A stretch of 64,000 nucleotides of DNA from Marsupella aquatica (taxonomy: Eukaryota; Plantae; Marchantiophyta). Shown in pieces: positions 36,854 through 49,421 of this stretch; the first letter of the stretch is position 1; each line of letters opens with the position of its first letter. Below the pieces are notes generated by a model. That model did no database searches. It worked only from the letters and a program-made list of their open reading frames with translations, and was not told where the DNA came from. The stretch lies in the NCBI GenBank assembly GCA_973895155.1, contig OZ316892.1, forward strand, positions 19,353,769 to 19,417,768, given 5' to 3'. A program made the translations under genes and the position numbers.

Positions 36854-39800
36854 ATGGCGTCTTCAAGTGATGAGTCAATTTATAGTTTAGATGCATCTTC
36901 GCCAGATGTTGTTCAAAAATTTATTCCATCTCGTTTGATGAATGAATTACCAGCCTCACAGAGAGTAGTGCCAGAGATTTCATTTTCCTTAGAATCTGAG
37001 AAATCAGAGTCTGATTCAGAGTCTTGTAGGAGTGTTGTGGGTGCTCCAATTTCATACTATGTCTCTCCAAGTAAACCTCTTAAACAATGTCTACTTGTAA
37101 AGAAGCCTAATGTAGTTCCTACGATAGAGACACTTGGTTCACCGCAAACCCCGACAGATCTTCAAAGGCGAAGGCCCCGGTTTTTAATGCCAAGAACAAC
37201 GTTACCATGTAGGCCCACCCAAAGATCTCCGTTGGTTTTTCCAATGTCTCGTTCTCCGGGAGTGAAGATAGCTGTGTCCAGTGTTCAATCACAGTTTGAG
37301 CGAATGAGGAGTCCAAATGTGCCAAAATTGTAGGGAGGGGCAGCCTCGGAGCCCAATTTGGTGGGTTGAATACCAAGTGGGATCCATGGATCCCACTTGG
37401 TATTCCCTACTCAAATGTTGAGAAACGGTGAACGCGAATTGCCTATTTCGTCTCCTTCAATACCAAATTCCTTGGGTCAAATACGAAGTGGGATCCATGG
37501 ATCCCACTTAGTATTCCCTCGTGGTATTTTGCAGAATCCTGTGCCCGAGTCACCGGTCTTGCGGACTTCCAACCCGAGTTCCGATGGTGGAATGCGAAAT
37601 GGGATACGCGGATCCCAGTTCGTATTGCGCAACGGAAAATTACCAAGTCATGACGCAGAACAGCAAGTGGGAAAGTTTTCACTTCAAAGTCCCAAAGGAC
37701 GAATACGAGTTGGGATCCATGGATCCCAATCGGTATTCCCATCAGTTATTTCACCGAGTGGTAAAACTAACAACATGGGACTTCAAAGCCCTTTGGCGAG
37801 GATGCAGTGTGAGGTTTTTGGATCTTCCATTGGACGGCAAGTGCAAAACAAAAGAGGAAAGAGATCTAGTGTCCAAAAAATTCCTCGGAGATTATTGCAA
37901 AGTGAGCTGCCGGAGAGAGGGCCCAAAAATTCAAGGGTACATGCTAAATTGAAACTTGTCCAAAGATTATTCAATGGTCAAGATGAGCCCTCAAGTCGAG
38001 AAGAATCACCTAGGCTGGGATTACAGTCTCAGAGATAAGTGGGCGGTACTCCGACTGAAGATGTGAATATCATTAGAAGATTTCAAACTAGAAATCTCCG
38101 AACACCTATTACATTTTCAGAAGACTCTGAAGAGAGATCAGAGGAGGCTGCAAATGACAGAGAGACTGCTGTAATCTCAAATGTTGTTGAAGAGATCCTG
38201 TGATGTGAGATTGTTCATGAAACAGTTACAGAAAATATGGAGAGTGGAAACAACTCTACATAAGATCTTTTTGTTTTAAATTCTAATTCACTAGAAAATA
38301 GTGGGGGGGGGGTAAAGTTCTCCCGACACTATTCAGGATAGAGTAGAGGTGACAAGACCCAGCAAGAAAATCAGAGATCAGATGATTAGAAAAGATAGAC
38401 TTACCATTGCAAATCTAAAAAAATGCAAAATTAAAGATATTTTTAAGTATCCGTGTTGTGACAAGTTTTGCTTGAGGTCTCTGGGTCTAGAGGAATGCTC
38501 AAAACAACGCAAGTATTATTTTGGTCTTAAACACTTGCAAAAAAATATTTTGCTACGAGGTTGTATCATGAACAACTGTAGTACTTCTCGTGGATATAGT
38601 GTAAATGGACAACCTATATGTAGAGGAGGATTCAAGAAACTATATTCTTTAGGTAATAATAGATTGGCAACAATCCATGCAAACATGTTTACAAGGATTG
38701 AACGGGATACCTTTTGTAAGGAAGACTCACCTTCATTTCTAAACTTGGTGGAATGGTTGAAAGATTTTTTCCAAAAAAATATGGATAGTCTTCCCCATAA
38801 AGAGATTCATCACTTGCCAAACAATTGGACAAAGCAAGAGATACATGGAATCTTTGAAGCTGAAACAATGTTGCGAGAAGAACAACAAGTTACATATTCT
38901 TATTTTTTGCGTGTTTCGAAAAAAGTTTCCAAATGTACGAATTCCTAAAAGGAGTCGATTTTCTACTTGTGGTCCTTGTACTGAATTCAAGGCTCTTCGG
39001 GACAAAGCAACAACTGAATAGGATAAAAGTAAGTTCCACTAACTATAACCTTCAACTTTAATTTGATGACATGTAATTCAATATTTGTCAAAGTTTATCC
39101 TTAGTTACTGATTTTTAATTCATTGCTATTGTATCATTTCAGGAAAGTATATCAATGCCCTTATGGAGCATCGAAAAGTACAATCATTGGAAAGGATGAA
39201 GTTAGCCAAGCATCGTAAAAAATGCTATGATGAGCCCAACAAGTATTTGGGTATTTGTATAGATGGTATGGATCAAAAGAAAACAGAGCTACCACATTTT
39301 CTTCGTTGTCCAAAGAACATGGATGAAAAGTATTTCATTCCAATACATGTTGTAGGTTGTCTCATCTTCAACAGGAACCTTGTAGCAAAAGTATTTTTGA
39401 CATATCCCAATATCCATAATGATGCAAACTTGACCATACATGTTATTCAAAATGTATTGAATACATGGGATGGGACATTACCAAGAGTGTTATATCTTCA
39501 ATTAGATAATACCACTCGGGAAAACAAGAATAAATTCTTGATGGCTTATCTTCACATGTTAGTAGATTTGAAGATTTTTGACAAGATTAAAGTGGGTTTC
39601 TTGTTGGTCGGTCATACACATGACCAGATAGATCAGATGTTTAGTAAAGTTTTGTCTAGGTTAAACAAGCACAAAGCATTTCGCTTGGAGACTCTTGAGG
39701 ATATTATTTGACGAGCATATTCACCTGAAGCTTTGATCATATTTGTGGATGAAGTAGCCGATTTTTGAAAATTTGTCAATGAAAACGACCAGCCAAATGA

Positions 39801-40160
39801 GAAGGGAGTCTCAGGTAGAGTCTTGAGAGATCTCAATCTCATAACTTTTCAAAGGCAATTCAAATTCAACGAGTCATGGAGGATGAAAACGAAGAGACAA
39901 CATTTCACGGGAAACATCTTTCCACGACCCAGGATTGGGAAGATGCAGTGACGTTCGTCAATTACATTCCAACTTCAAGAATGTGGGTTGCTGCACAAAT
40001 GTCACTGAAGTCAGCAAAAGGTGTTGAGAGGGATGATGTCCATGATTCTTCCAATACAGATGGTGCATTAACTACTCTGGTGAAATATGAAAAAGCTATC
40101 CAACAAGAAGCCTTAAAGGATGGGTCTAAGGCCTTAATTCCTTTTTCCAAAAAATTATGA
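36854..40160 (+). pseudogene. Sola1-like DDD transposase 1, disrupted and 3'-truncated
   Basis: CC.K.C, ICR..FK.LY, HLP, F..C..C, an intron at ~39029-39142, then IDGMDQKKT, LQLDNTTRENKN and LLVGHTHDQIDQMFS. Several stops and frameshifts. Confidence 0.85.
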
Positions 40161-40422
40161 TTTTTAGAAATGTAGTCCTAAAACAAGCAATAAAATCAGC
40201 ATATTTGTTTGACATTCACCCTTTGCATTTTAAACTAGACTTTACATCAATGTTTGAGACAATACATATTCAAAACTTGATTTTCATAGAATTGACCTGT
40301 CAAAAACAATCATTTATATCATAGTCTAGGCTCCAAGGCCATTGACATCTCAAAACTTGCAAGTAAAGTCTACTTCTATGCAACTAAAACAACCCTAAAA
40401 AGTCTTACAGAAATATCCTCAG

Positions 40423-43400
40423 CTAATCATCTCTTGTTTCCTCAACACTTCCAACAACTCCCGAAGAGTCAAGTCCTATGATTTCCTCCTCTCCAACTCC
40501 TATCTCTAGTATTGGTAGAATGGTCTCTTGAACATCAACATCTAAATCCACCATGCCTTTGCCATCATCTTCCTCAATGTTGTCCACCAGGTTTAGAATT
40601 CTCCCTTTCAAGACACTACTCTAGCGCTCATCAATTTCTATAGCAACACAATGTCTTCCTTGTGCCAAAGAGGAAGACAATCCTGTGCCTGACCCTGAAC
40701 AAATATCTAGCACCCAGTCTCCAACCTGGCTAAAGTGGGTAACTTCCCAATCCAATAACACTCTTGGCTTTTGGTAAAAGTTCACCATCTTATTGTCCCT
40801 ATTGTGTTTCAACTTATTGGTCACAGCTGGACACACAACCACATTATTTCGAGACTCATTAGTCTCAAAATTGAAATGCTCCAAAGACCGTTTCCCATCC
40901 TGACTATGAAAGCCAATGGTGAAACACTCAAAATTGCTGTTAAGCCTTGCACCTCCTGCATTCTTAACATTGTCTTTCACCCTGCAAAAACCAAAACTTG
41001 CATTATGGATTTGTTTCAAAATCAAACATCATGAAATCATGAACACCAAAAAAACATATTCACCTTTTGAAATGTTTCTTACCAAATACAATTCTGGAAA
41101 CCACCATTACACTCAGCTTTCAAGACAGTCTTGACAACATCATACTGGTCAATACTATGATGAATGATAATTCGCCAAAGATTTGCCTTGGTGACAACCT
41201 TGAAGGACTGAACCATCTTGGTCACCACTTCCACACCCCATCCAACATTGTCTTCGTGAAGACAAGCAGTCATTCCAAACCCATAAGGAATATCTGCCAA
41301 AGCCAATGTGTAAGCTCGTGATGGGATTACCTCGTGCAACCTCTGAGCATCGGGTGTAAAGATATCATAGTACACATCCCCAAACTGTGGATGCTCAAAA
41401 GCATTAGGATGAAGTTCACTTCCCTGGGTCTCTTGGCAAGATTTCTTCATTACCAACCAGTTCTGTGCTTGTGCAATATGTGCATTGAACTTATTTGGGA
41501 AGGACTTCAACTCTTTGCTTTCTTCATTCTCTCCCTTCTTTTTCCGGGAGCTGCTGTCTTTCTGAGAAAACAAAATTGGGTACATGAGATTCCTACATAC
41601 TTAAGAATAAAACTGTAAAACAAATGCTCAGTCAATCTCAAATAAACTTACCCAAGTCTGGAAGATAGGAACAAAATTCTTCAGCACATTATCAGTGCAG
41701 TGTTCTGGGTACTTGGTTTTGCAATTCTTGCAACTCTCTTCGTGAAGACAGGTAAGAAATGCTTTTTGAACTTGCATTTGGAATTTGTGTCGTTGAAATT
41801 CCTGTCCCATCTCTTGAAGAGATAATTCCTTTGCCAAAACCCTTTGTAGCACTGGACAGATCATGTCCGGATCTTTCAATGCCTGCATGTGTCTCCACTC
41901 AGTCAACTTCATATCCTCACATAGCATTTTAGCATCTCCAGACTTGGACATCTTTTTCTTGGTCTTATCTCCTTTCTGTCCTTTTATCTCACAATTCTCC
42001 CATCTGTCAAAGATCTGCCGTATGAAAGACCAAACAAGATCCTTACGAAATGCCAACTGAAATAAATTATCATTGGCATTCAGAACCTCAGAATCTTTAC
42101 GTACACCCCAGTCCTTTAGATTGATTTCAGTGGCACACTCCTTCTTGAAATCAACATTTGATGATGATCCATTCTCTACAAATCGCATGTGAATGTAATT
42201 CACTCTTTGGATGGTGCTCATTTGTTGATGAAATTCAGAGTCTATATTATGACTCCAAGCTAAGTTCCTTGCTTCCTGGATAGACAGACCTGCAAAGATC
42301 CAAGATTGCACTCTCCTGTACGACTTGTTGTTGGGAAATTGTAATGCTAGGTCTACCTTTGCACAAGCAGAATGATTTCCCCCAATCACGTAATAGTGGT
42401 AATCATTCTTTTTTGAGAAATCAAAATCAGCTCGAGTTGGGCACTCCTTGGGATCAACCACGAGAACAAAAGGTGATGCCAATGGACTAGCTCCAGCTGC
42501 TTTCATCCTTGTTGTCAACTGTGTAAGAAAGTAGGGCTGGATATGCCTTACTTGGTACACTGGCAACTCCAAAGATTTCTCCCGAACAGGTGGGTGAAGT
42601 TGTGCAATGTCAATTGTGATTGTCTCCTCTTGAACTCCACACCTCATCAAAATCCCTTCCTGGTACACCACCCGAGCATCCATAGACATAGATTGAGCCT
42701 TCTGCTCCAGATGAGTGGGGACTTTTTCTAACGTCTGCTTCTTGGATTTTGGTGGACTTGGTCTTGCACCTTGAGAACCCTCTGGTCCACGTTTCTTTGA
42801 TGAAGTCCGAGTACCGGCAGTGCCCTGTGCTGATCCTCCTGTCACAGTTGTCCCCTCTTGTGATCTTGCAATTTGTGAACCAGCACCAGATATTGGAGAT
42901 GTAACAACCATCTTTCTTGCTGGGACAGAACTCGGACGAGATCCGGAAGGAGCAGAAGAAGGACCAGACTTTGGTGGACGGGCACTGGCACTCTTCTCTG
43001 CTGCTTTTCGAAGAATCTCCCTAGACTTTCGAATTGCACTCTTCAATGTGCTGGCATGATGTTCAAACACAAAACCAGCAATGAGCTCTGCAATCTCATT
43101 GTAGCTTTCTTTTGCAGACAGATTCTTCACCTTCTCAATAATCATCTCAATGTCATCAGGCAAGTAACAATGCGCAGCTCTTCCAGAAAATCTCTCACTG
43201 TCAACTGCAATCAGTGTAGATGTCTCCTTTGTTGTGATAAGCATATTGAGGACATCAGCCCCTCGTCGAAAGACATCAATCCGGCCATAATTCACCCAAC
43301 CAAGACCTCCAGAAGGCAAGGTCTCGTAGATGCACAACATCAAAAAAGGCTTCTTCCACGATTCTGTACCCAATGATATTGTCCAGGAAGAGTTTCCAAA

Positions 43401-43466
43401 ATCTGTCAATGGATGCTCAACGAAAATAGCGTCTAACACCTTCTCCTGTGATTTTGGTTCAACCAT
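40423..43466 (-). CDS. ParB/Srx-like domain fused to a beta-class amino (N6-adenine/N4-cytosine) DNA methyltransferase; three coding exons, one late in-frame stop
   Basis: Exons 43466-41652, 41561-41083 and 40981-40621 (to 40423 if TAG was CAG) join in frame through GT-AG introns of 90 and 101 bp. Motifs: YYVIGGNHS (ParB/Srx-like), LALADIPYG (motif IV), YQKP, VLDICSGSGT (motif I), CVAIEID (motif II). Confidence 0.85.
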
Positions 43467-43789
43467 TCTGACTTCCTGAAATCAAGTCCAACAATGCAAA
43501 GTCAGCTCTATTTGTTTTTCAAGTTCAGTTGCAGAATTCAGGTTCATGATTTCATGAAGCAAGGTTCTTACCTTGACAGTGTGAGTCGGAAGTTGAATTT
43601 GCAGCGCCTGAGCCTAGACGGTTGTTCCCGCTTAGAAGAGTGTCACTGGTATTTTTCTCCCTGATTTTGGCTTAGCTTATGTCCTTCACCTCCCTGGCAG
43701 ATGCTCGAGCTGATCGACCCCTCCCCACTTACTGTCGTTTGCAATGTACTACTCGATTTGGACCTCGTCTCTTCGTCAATGGACCTCCC

Positions 43790-44300
43790 CTGGCCCTTCG
43801 ACAGTTTCTCCTCCCCCGGCCTTCGCCAATTTCTTCCTCCCCTGGCGCTTCGACTATTTCCCCTCCCCCAACCTTTGACGCTCGCGCCCATTGCCTCGAC
43901 AATTTTTCTTCCCCCCGCGCCTCGACAATTTTTCTTCCCCCCTCGCTCGCGCCTCGACACTTTTTCTTCCCCCCGGCCTCGACACTTTTTCCTCCCCCCG
44001 CGCCTCGACACTATTTCCTCTCCCAGGCCTTTGCCAATTTTCCCTCCCCGAGGCCGGCGCTTCTTCCCCGCACCCCTGGCTGCACCTCGACAATTTTCCC
44101 CTCCCCGAGGCCGGCGCTTCTTCCTCGCGCCCCCGGCTGCGCCTTGACAATTTTTCCCCTCCCCTCGGCCGGCGCTTCTTCCTCGCGCCCCCGGCTGCGC
44201 CTCGACAATTTTTCCTCCCCCCGGCCTTTGCCAATTTTGCCTCCCTCCCCTGGCCTTCAAGAATTTCTCCCCCGTCCCCCGAATTTTTCCAATTTCCCCC
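43790..44300. repeat. C-rich/G-rich degenerate tandem array upstream of the methyltransferase gene
   Basis: Repeated CCTCGACA(A/C)TTTT(T/C)C.TCCCCC units and ~60-bp CCGGCGCTTCTTCC..GC.CCCC.GGCTGC.CCT.GACAATTTT units. The ORFs here are low-complexity by-products. Confidence 0.85.
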
Positions 44301-45251
44301 CAGGCCTGAGACAATCCCCTTCCCGAGCGCAAACTTGCACGACAGCTTTTGATCTTGCTGCCTCCTAACCAAATTTCCTCCACTCCCTTCCACGATTAAT
44401 CCTCTGTTCCACGACCGATCTGCGCCTCAACAGTCAGGAAATTACAGAGCTGCACCAGATGTTGGTCCGCCCCCGATTTTCGTTCCAGTTTAGGGATTCA
44501 ACCCAACTCCTATTCAGACCACACCAATCACTGAGGGAAGAGCTTTCCACAGCACCAAGCATCAGCCCACCATAGCTCTTCGCCAAGCTTCCTTTCCGTT
44601 CGCCCTTTGCAGATGCACGCCCACACTCCAAGCACCTGACAATCCAATTTGTCTCAAACTTAGCATTTTCTAATTTTTGGGTTCATGAATTCATGAAGCT
44701 TTCGCCACCTCCACTTCAGGATCCAGGAAGGTCGTAACCCTTCATGAATTCATGAAAGGGAATCTAGTATCATTTTGAAAGAATCTAGTAAAAAGTCAAA
44801 ATTTGGGCCCAAAATAACAAATACCATGGGTAAAAGAAATACAAGAAAAACCAAAAAAACCTCTAAAAATAGAGGTCATCAAAGACATTTTTTGTTGCAA
44901 TTGAGTAGTCTCCAAAAACATCAAAGAAAACATGGGGTAAAAATGACCAATGCATTACTGATACACTATCTTAAGAGTTTGGCATGAAAACATATGCTTT
45001 AAGTAAAAAATAAAATTATGAGAAGACTCACAATATTCAAGGAGAAGACTTCACAGGAATGAATTAACCAAGTCTCCAAGAACTCTAATGAGTATTAGAA
45101 ACTGAAAACATAAGTAAACCTGTGAGATTTGGATAAATAATAAACTATTTTCTCATGAAAGATTTCTTTCCTTGTCACTAATTACTAATGAAGGGCGTGG
45201 CCCTTTTTCTTATTTTATTGCTAATTAAGTTTTTGAGTTATTTCCAAAATC

Positions 45252-45260
45252 TATAAAAGG
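45252..45260 (+). promoter_or_regulatory. TATA box of Sola1-like transposase 2
   Basis: TATAAAAGG...CATTTC...ATGGC (ATG at 45357). Confidence 0.6.
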
Positions 45261-46802
45261 GGCTTCGTATTCATGACTATATCTCATTTCGATTTTTCAG
45301 TTTGAGTTCATTTGGTGTTCTAGGTGTTCCCTTGTGAGTTTTGTGCAATTTTTGAAATGGCAGCCTGTTATGAGTCAGACGATTATTCTGATGGTATTTC
45401 GGATGATGTTTCCTTCCCGGATTGTCCTTGTCCTGTTACTTCTCCAGATGCTCCTAGTAAAACCACTATTTTGGAGATGCTTCCCCCAACTCCAATGAGT
45501 AAGTTGAAAGGAAAGGCTCTAAGTGTACCAAATATTCAGCAAAAAGTATTTGGTCCTTGTCTGAGTGAGCACTCTGAGTCTTCGGACTCATCTGAGAGTA
45601 CAAGTCCCCCTGGCCGTCAAGTATTATCGAATCCTTCTCAAAGGGGGGCTAAATTGGGTGTGCGTTCTGTAGGCCCTCAACATAGTGGAGATGTGAAAAA
45701 GAGGACTCATGAATTCATGAAGGCCAGATCTGGAGATGTGTCAAAAATGCCTTGTGAAAGCCCAAATGTGGATTTTTGTGCACTCCGGGAAAGTCGTGGT
45801 GTGCAACATGCACCAATGAAAGAGAGTGAGTATTCTCGTCCTACATCTTTCAGATTTCAAGAAGGAGTGAGAGCGGAAACAAGGAGGCTGCTTGGAACTG
45901 AGACTAATTCGAACAAGGAGAGGATCAATTTGAGAAGATCTCCAGGGAACTTCGATCGTTTGGCTGAGGTTGGAAGCGGATCTAAGTTGGCATACAACAA
46001 GGGCAAGAAGAAGGTCTTTGAGGAGATTCCAAACAAGAGGCCAAGAGAGTCAACCGAAGGTGGTTTCTTTGGGGATTCAGATGGAAATTGATCAAACTCA
46101 CTCATTTTGAGAGTGAAGGAGGAGCCATTGAGTCCTCGAGGGCCCGCTTGAGGCCGGGTGAGGAGGGGTTTGTCTGCATACCACACAACTACATTATCAG
46201 GACTTTTTACGTGTTACATGAAGACGTTAAGCCCGACGTCTCCTTGCTGCTAAAGAAAGGCGACATACTCGACGTGAATGACGGCACGTTTTGTACGAAG
46301 TAACAAAGGTTACAGTTTACATCGTCCAAAACTACGTTACATACGTCAGTCCATACTACGTTACATATTAACGTCGTAAATAAAGACGTTATTATGGACG
46401 CAGATTGAACAGGGAAATCAGCTGATAACATCGTTTAAAACGACGTTAATTTCAGATTACGTAGTTTGTGACTTTGTTAATGATGAGTCTGTCCAGGACG
46501 TATGAGTAGTTAGTCGTGTGAGGCTTGGTAAAAATGGTGTTAACGAGAACGTTTGAAAATAGTATCAAGAATGGAGAGACGTGAATGGAGTGCCGTTTGT
46601 GGTAAACATTAATCTTGTATGGAACATCCTTCCAGGCTACCTTAGTTGGGTGGGCTTTAGGTTTAGGTTCATATACACACGGAATACACATAAAATAGAC
46701 ATATGAAGTCCGGAATGCCACTATAAATGGGTGGCGTCAAAAGTTTGTGCCAAAAATGTACAAAATGTAGGTGGACGTCCACCTAGTCATGGATGGTATA
46801 CC

Positions 46803-47063
46803 CTAATGCCGTTGAGAGCGGCTCCTATCACGTCCAGACCTACGAACAGAAATACGTGGCGGTGCCTCCGACTGTTTGCCTCGGGGCCGCAACTCGTACC
46901 GAAGTGGATCCTCGTCTGAACTACTGCTACCAGACACCAACTCCACAGCTCCCTTGCCTCTACTCCTAGGGACTACATCTCTAGTGCCACTGTGTCCCCT
47001 AGTGGTATCCCTCTCGACACGGCTCCTCTTCCTCTCTCTATGTCTCTCCCTCCCCCCCTCTCT

Positions 47064-47095
<32 letters not shown>

Positions 47096-49006
47096 CGTCG
47101 TCTATGGCTGGTATGACCCCTATTAGTCTCCACTGGAGGGAGAGGTTAGAAGATGACCGGCCCTGTGTACCTAAACTGCCCTCCTGCCCACAGTCTACTA
47201 AGGCCTCCTCCTGCGTATCAGGCTCCTCCCCTCCATGATCTGCCTCCTCATCTTCCGCAATGGGTCGTGCCACTAACCCCTCTGGAGGACTCCAATCCTC
47301 CTGGATATGACATAAGGGATCAGTTTACCTCCTGCAAATAGTGGATGCAAAACCTAGTATAGAAGGAACCTAACCTGACTATGTAACTTACCATTGGGTG
47401 GTCCTCCGGGACTGAGTCCAGCTTAGCCCATAGGGCCGCCGGGCCATAGCGTTTTGAATAGAGCCGCTTCTGCTCACTTGGCTCGGCGTTAGCTCCAAAC
47501 TTGCGTTTCTGTAGGAAATTGGAGAACGTCGTCACCATCGTCGTTAACTACAATGTACCTAACGACGTTTTATAATTAACGTCGTCCAAGACAAGGTATA
47601 TAGTGAAACTTCAATATTAACGATGTAGAAAAGACGTTAATTAAATGTAACGTCGCGAGAGACGACGTTAGGTAGGATGAACGTAGGGGGTCTAGACGTT
47701 AAATTTAGAACTTGCGACGTTAGAGGAGAAAAACGATGTTAATTCAATGTTCTCACCGCAGCGGCCGAAGCATGAACAAGTTGTGCTTTGAAGAGGGTGG
47801 GGGACTTACATAGGTTGCAAGGAAGCCTCGCCATCCTCCCTGGCCCCAGAAATTGGTCACACGCAGGCGGCCATTTGATTTGCGGGCTGCAGCAGCTTTG
47901 TCCCCCATGTGCACTCGCTTGCCTACTGGGGTGTCAGGTGCTGCTTCCAACTCAGCCACGATCAACTTGAAGTCGGCGTCGCTCATTCCTTCTGGTTTCA
48001 GGTATTGCTCTGTCCTTGGGCATCTCATTTTTCGAACCTTGTTTCTCCATCTAAACCTCCGATCTGCAAGGTAGCCTACGATCTTTTGTCTGATGTGCCT
48101 ATAGTCTATTTCACGGTCGTTCCTAAACCCAACTTGCACATCGTTCAGGAGGAGCTGAAACTTCTTTGGGTTCTGCACGAGATCCTTCCAAGTTGTCCAA
48201 CCAGGACAGTGCTTGGCACAACACGTCTGCACTCGATTTGTGAGGGCCTTCTCATCCAGAACATCCGGCCTAGCATCAAACGCATCCAAGGTGATGGTTG
48301 GGAGTTTGTCTCGACTCACAGCAGTAGTTACCGGTCGCGCAGGAGAAGGTTGTCGCTTCTTGTGGGAGTGACGTTCACGCTGAGGTGAGTACCTCTCTCT
48401 TCTGTCTGCCCTTGCATCTCCCTTTGTTCTTCTTCTTTTGTATGTACCTCTATTGTGTGGATCTGCATCTCTATACTCCTTCCCTTTCCCCTTCCGTCTT
48501 CTCTCATCAAGGCTGCTATTGCTGTTGTGTGTTCTATCACGATGCCTCCTCCGCCTGCGAGAGTCCCGATCCTGATCAGGCTGGAATCTGTCATGTGCTA
48601 CCCGGACCACACTCTTGATTGGGGTCCCACTAGGTGCCTGAGAATCAAGCTGCATTCCATTGAAGGCAGGATCGTCCCACCCATCATCTAGTAGGGACGG
48701 GAAGGAGTTCAGAGCATCGATCGAAGGCCCCCCATCCTCCCCCAAGAGCGTTGCATTCTCAGTTTCCACATAATCATCGAGGGTAGGAGCATTGGCCTCT
48801 ATATTTTCCAGGTACTCCAGAAACTGAGACTCCTTGCTTCCTTTTCCTCCCAAGAACTTCCAACTCTGGTTGAAAGCATGGATCAGCGAATGTGTCGATT
48901 GCATAGCTTTACGCACCTTTTCTAACTCCCCTGGATCATCCATAGCCACCAAGTCTGCATCAAAATCTCCACTGGAAGGGAGATAGCCTGGATGAGCCAT
49001 AGTCAT
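46803..49006 (-). CDS. TnpA/Ptta-EnSpm-like accessory protein (spliced)
   Basis: Exon 49006-47810 contains YLADRRFRWRNKV..KPEGMSDADFKLIV..AARKSN..NFWGQGGW. The next exon is 47508-47392. The 3' exons are uncertain. Confidence 0.6.
47025..47095. repeat. (CT)n-rich microsatellite
   Basis: Imperfect CTCTCT run. Confidence 0.8.
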
Positions 49007-49421
49007 TCACTGTTAAGATAGGAGGTCGAGAGGGGGAGAGGGGAAGTGTTGAATGTTGAATGTGAGTCACATTCAAGTCACTTCCTGATGTTTTGTTAAA
49101 GGAAAACAGCCGTAGCCCACGAACCTTGGAGACCCGCCGTTACCCTAATTTAACGTCATTAATCACAACGTTAACCAGGAGTGTAGGGTTTAGCGGCGAC
49201 GTTACATATAATTACGTCATACCTAACAACGTTAACTTATTAAGTACGTCGTACATTATTACGTAAACTAAATTCGGCAACCTCCCCACAACCTAAAAAA
49301 CGATGTTAATTTTAGGGGAACGTCGTGTGGATGGACGTTAGTTTGGTTAACGTAGCGGGATATGTTTATGCTTGGGGTTTAATATGTTGTGGGGGCCTTT
49401 GTAAATTTGATCACAGGGGAC

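Noticed and set aside
36300-37730. CRISPR-like array of palindromic repeats
   Set aside because: Irregular spacing, eukaryotic context and no cas genes.
40423-43466. Bacterial contamination as the source of the methyltransferase
   Set aside because: The frame needs spliceosomal GT-AG introns and is embedded among intron-containing eukaryotic transposons.
43643-44393. ORFs of 148-246 aa on both strands
   Set aside because: By-products of a stop-poor GC-rich tandem array; low-complexity translations in several frames.
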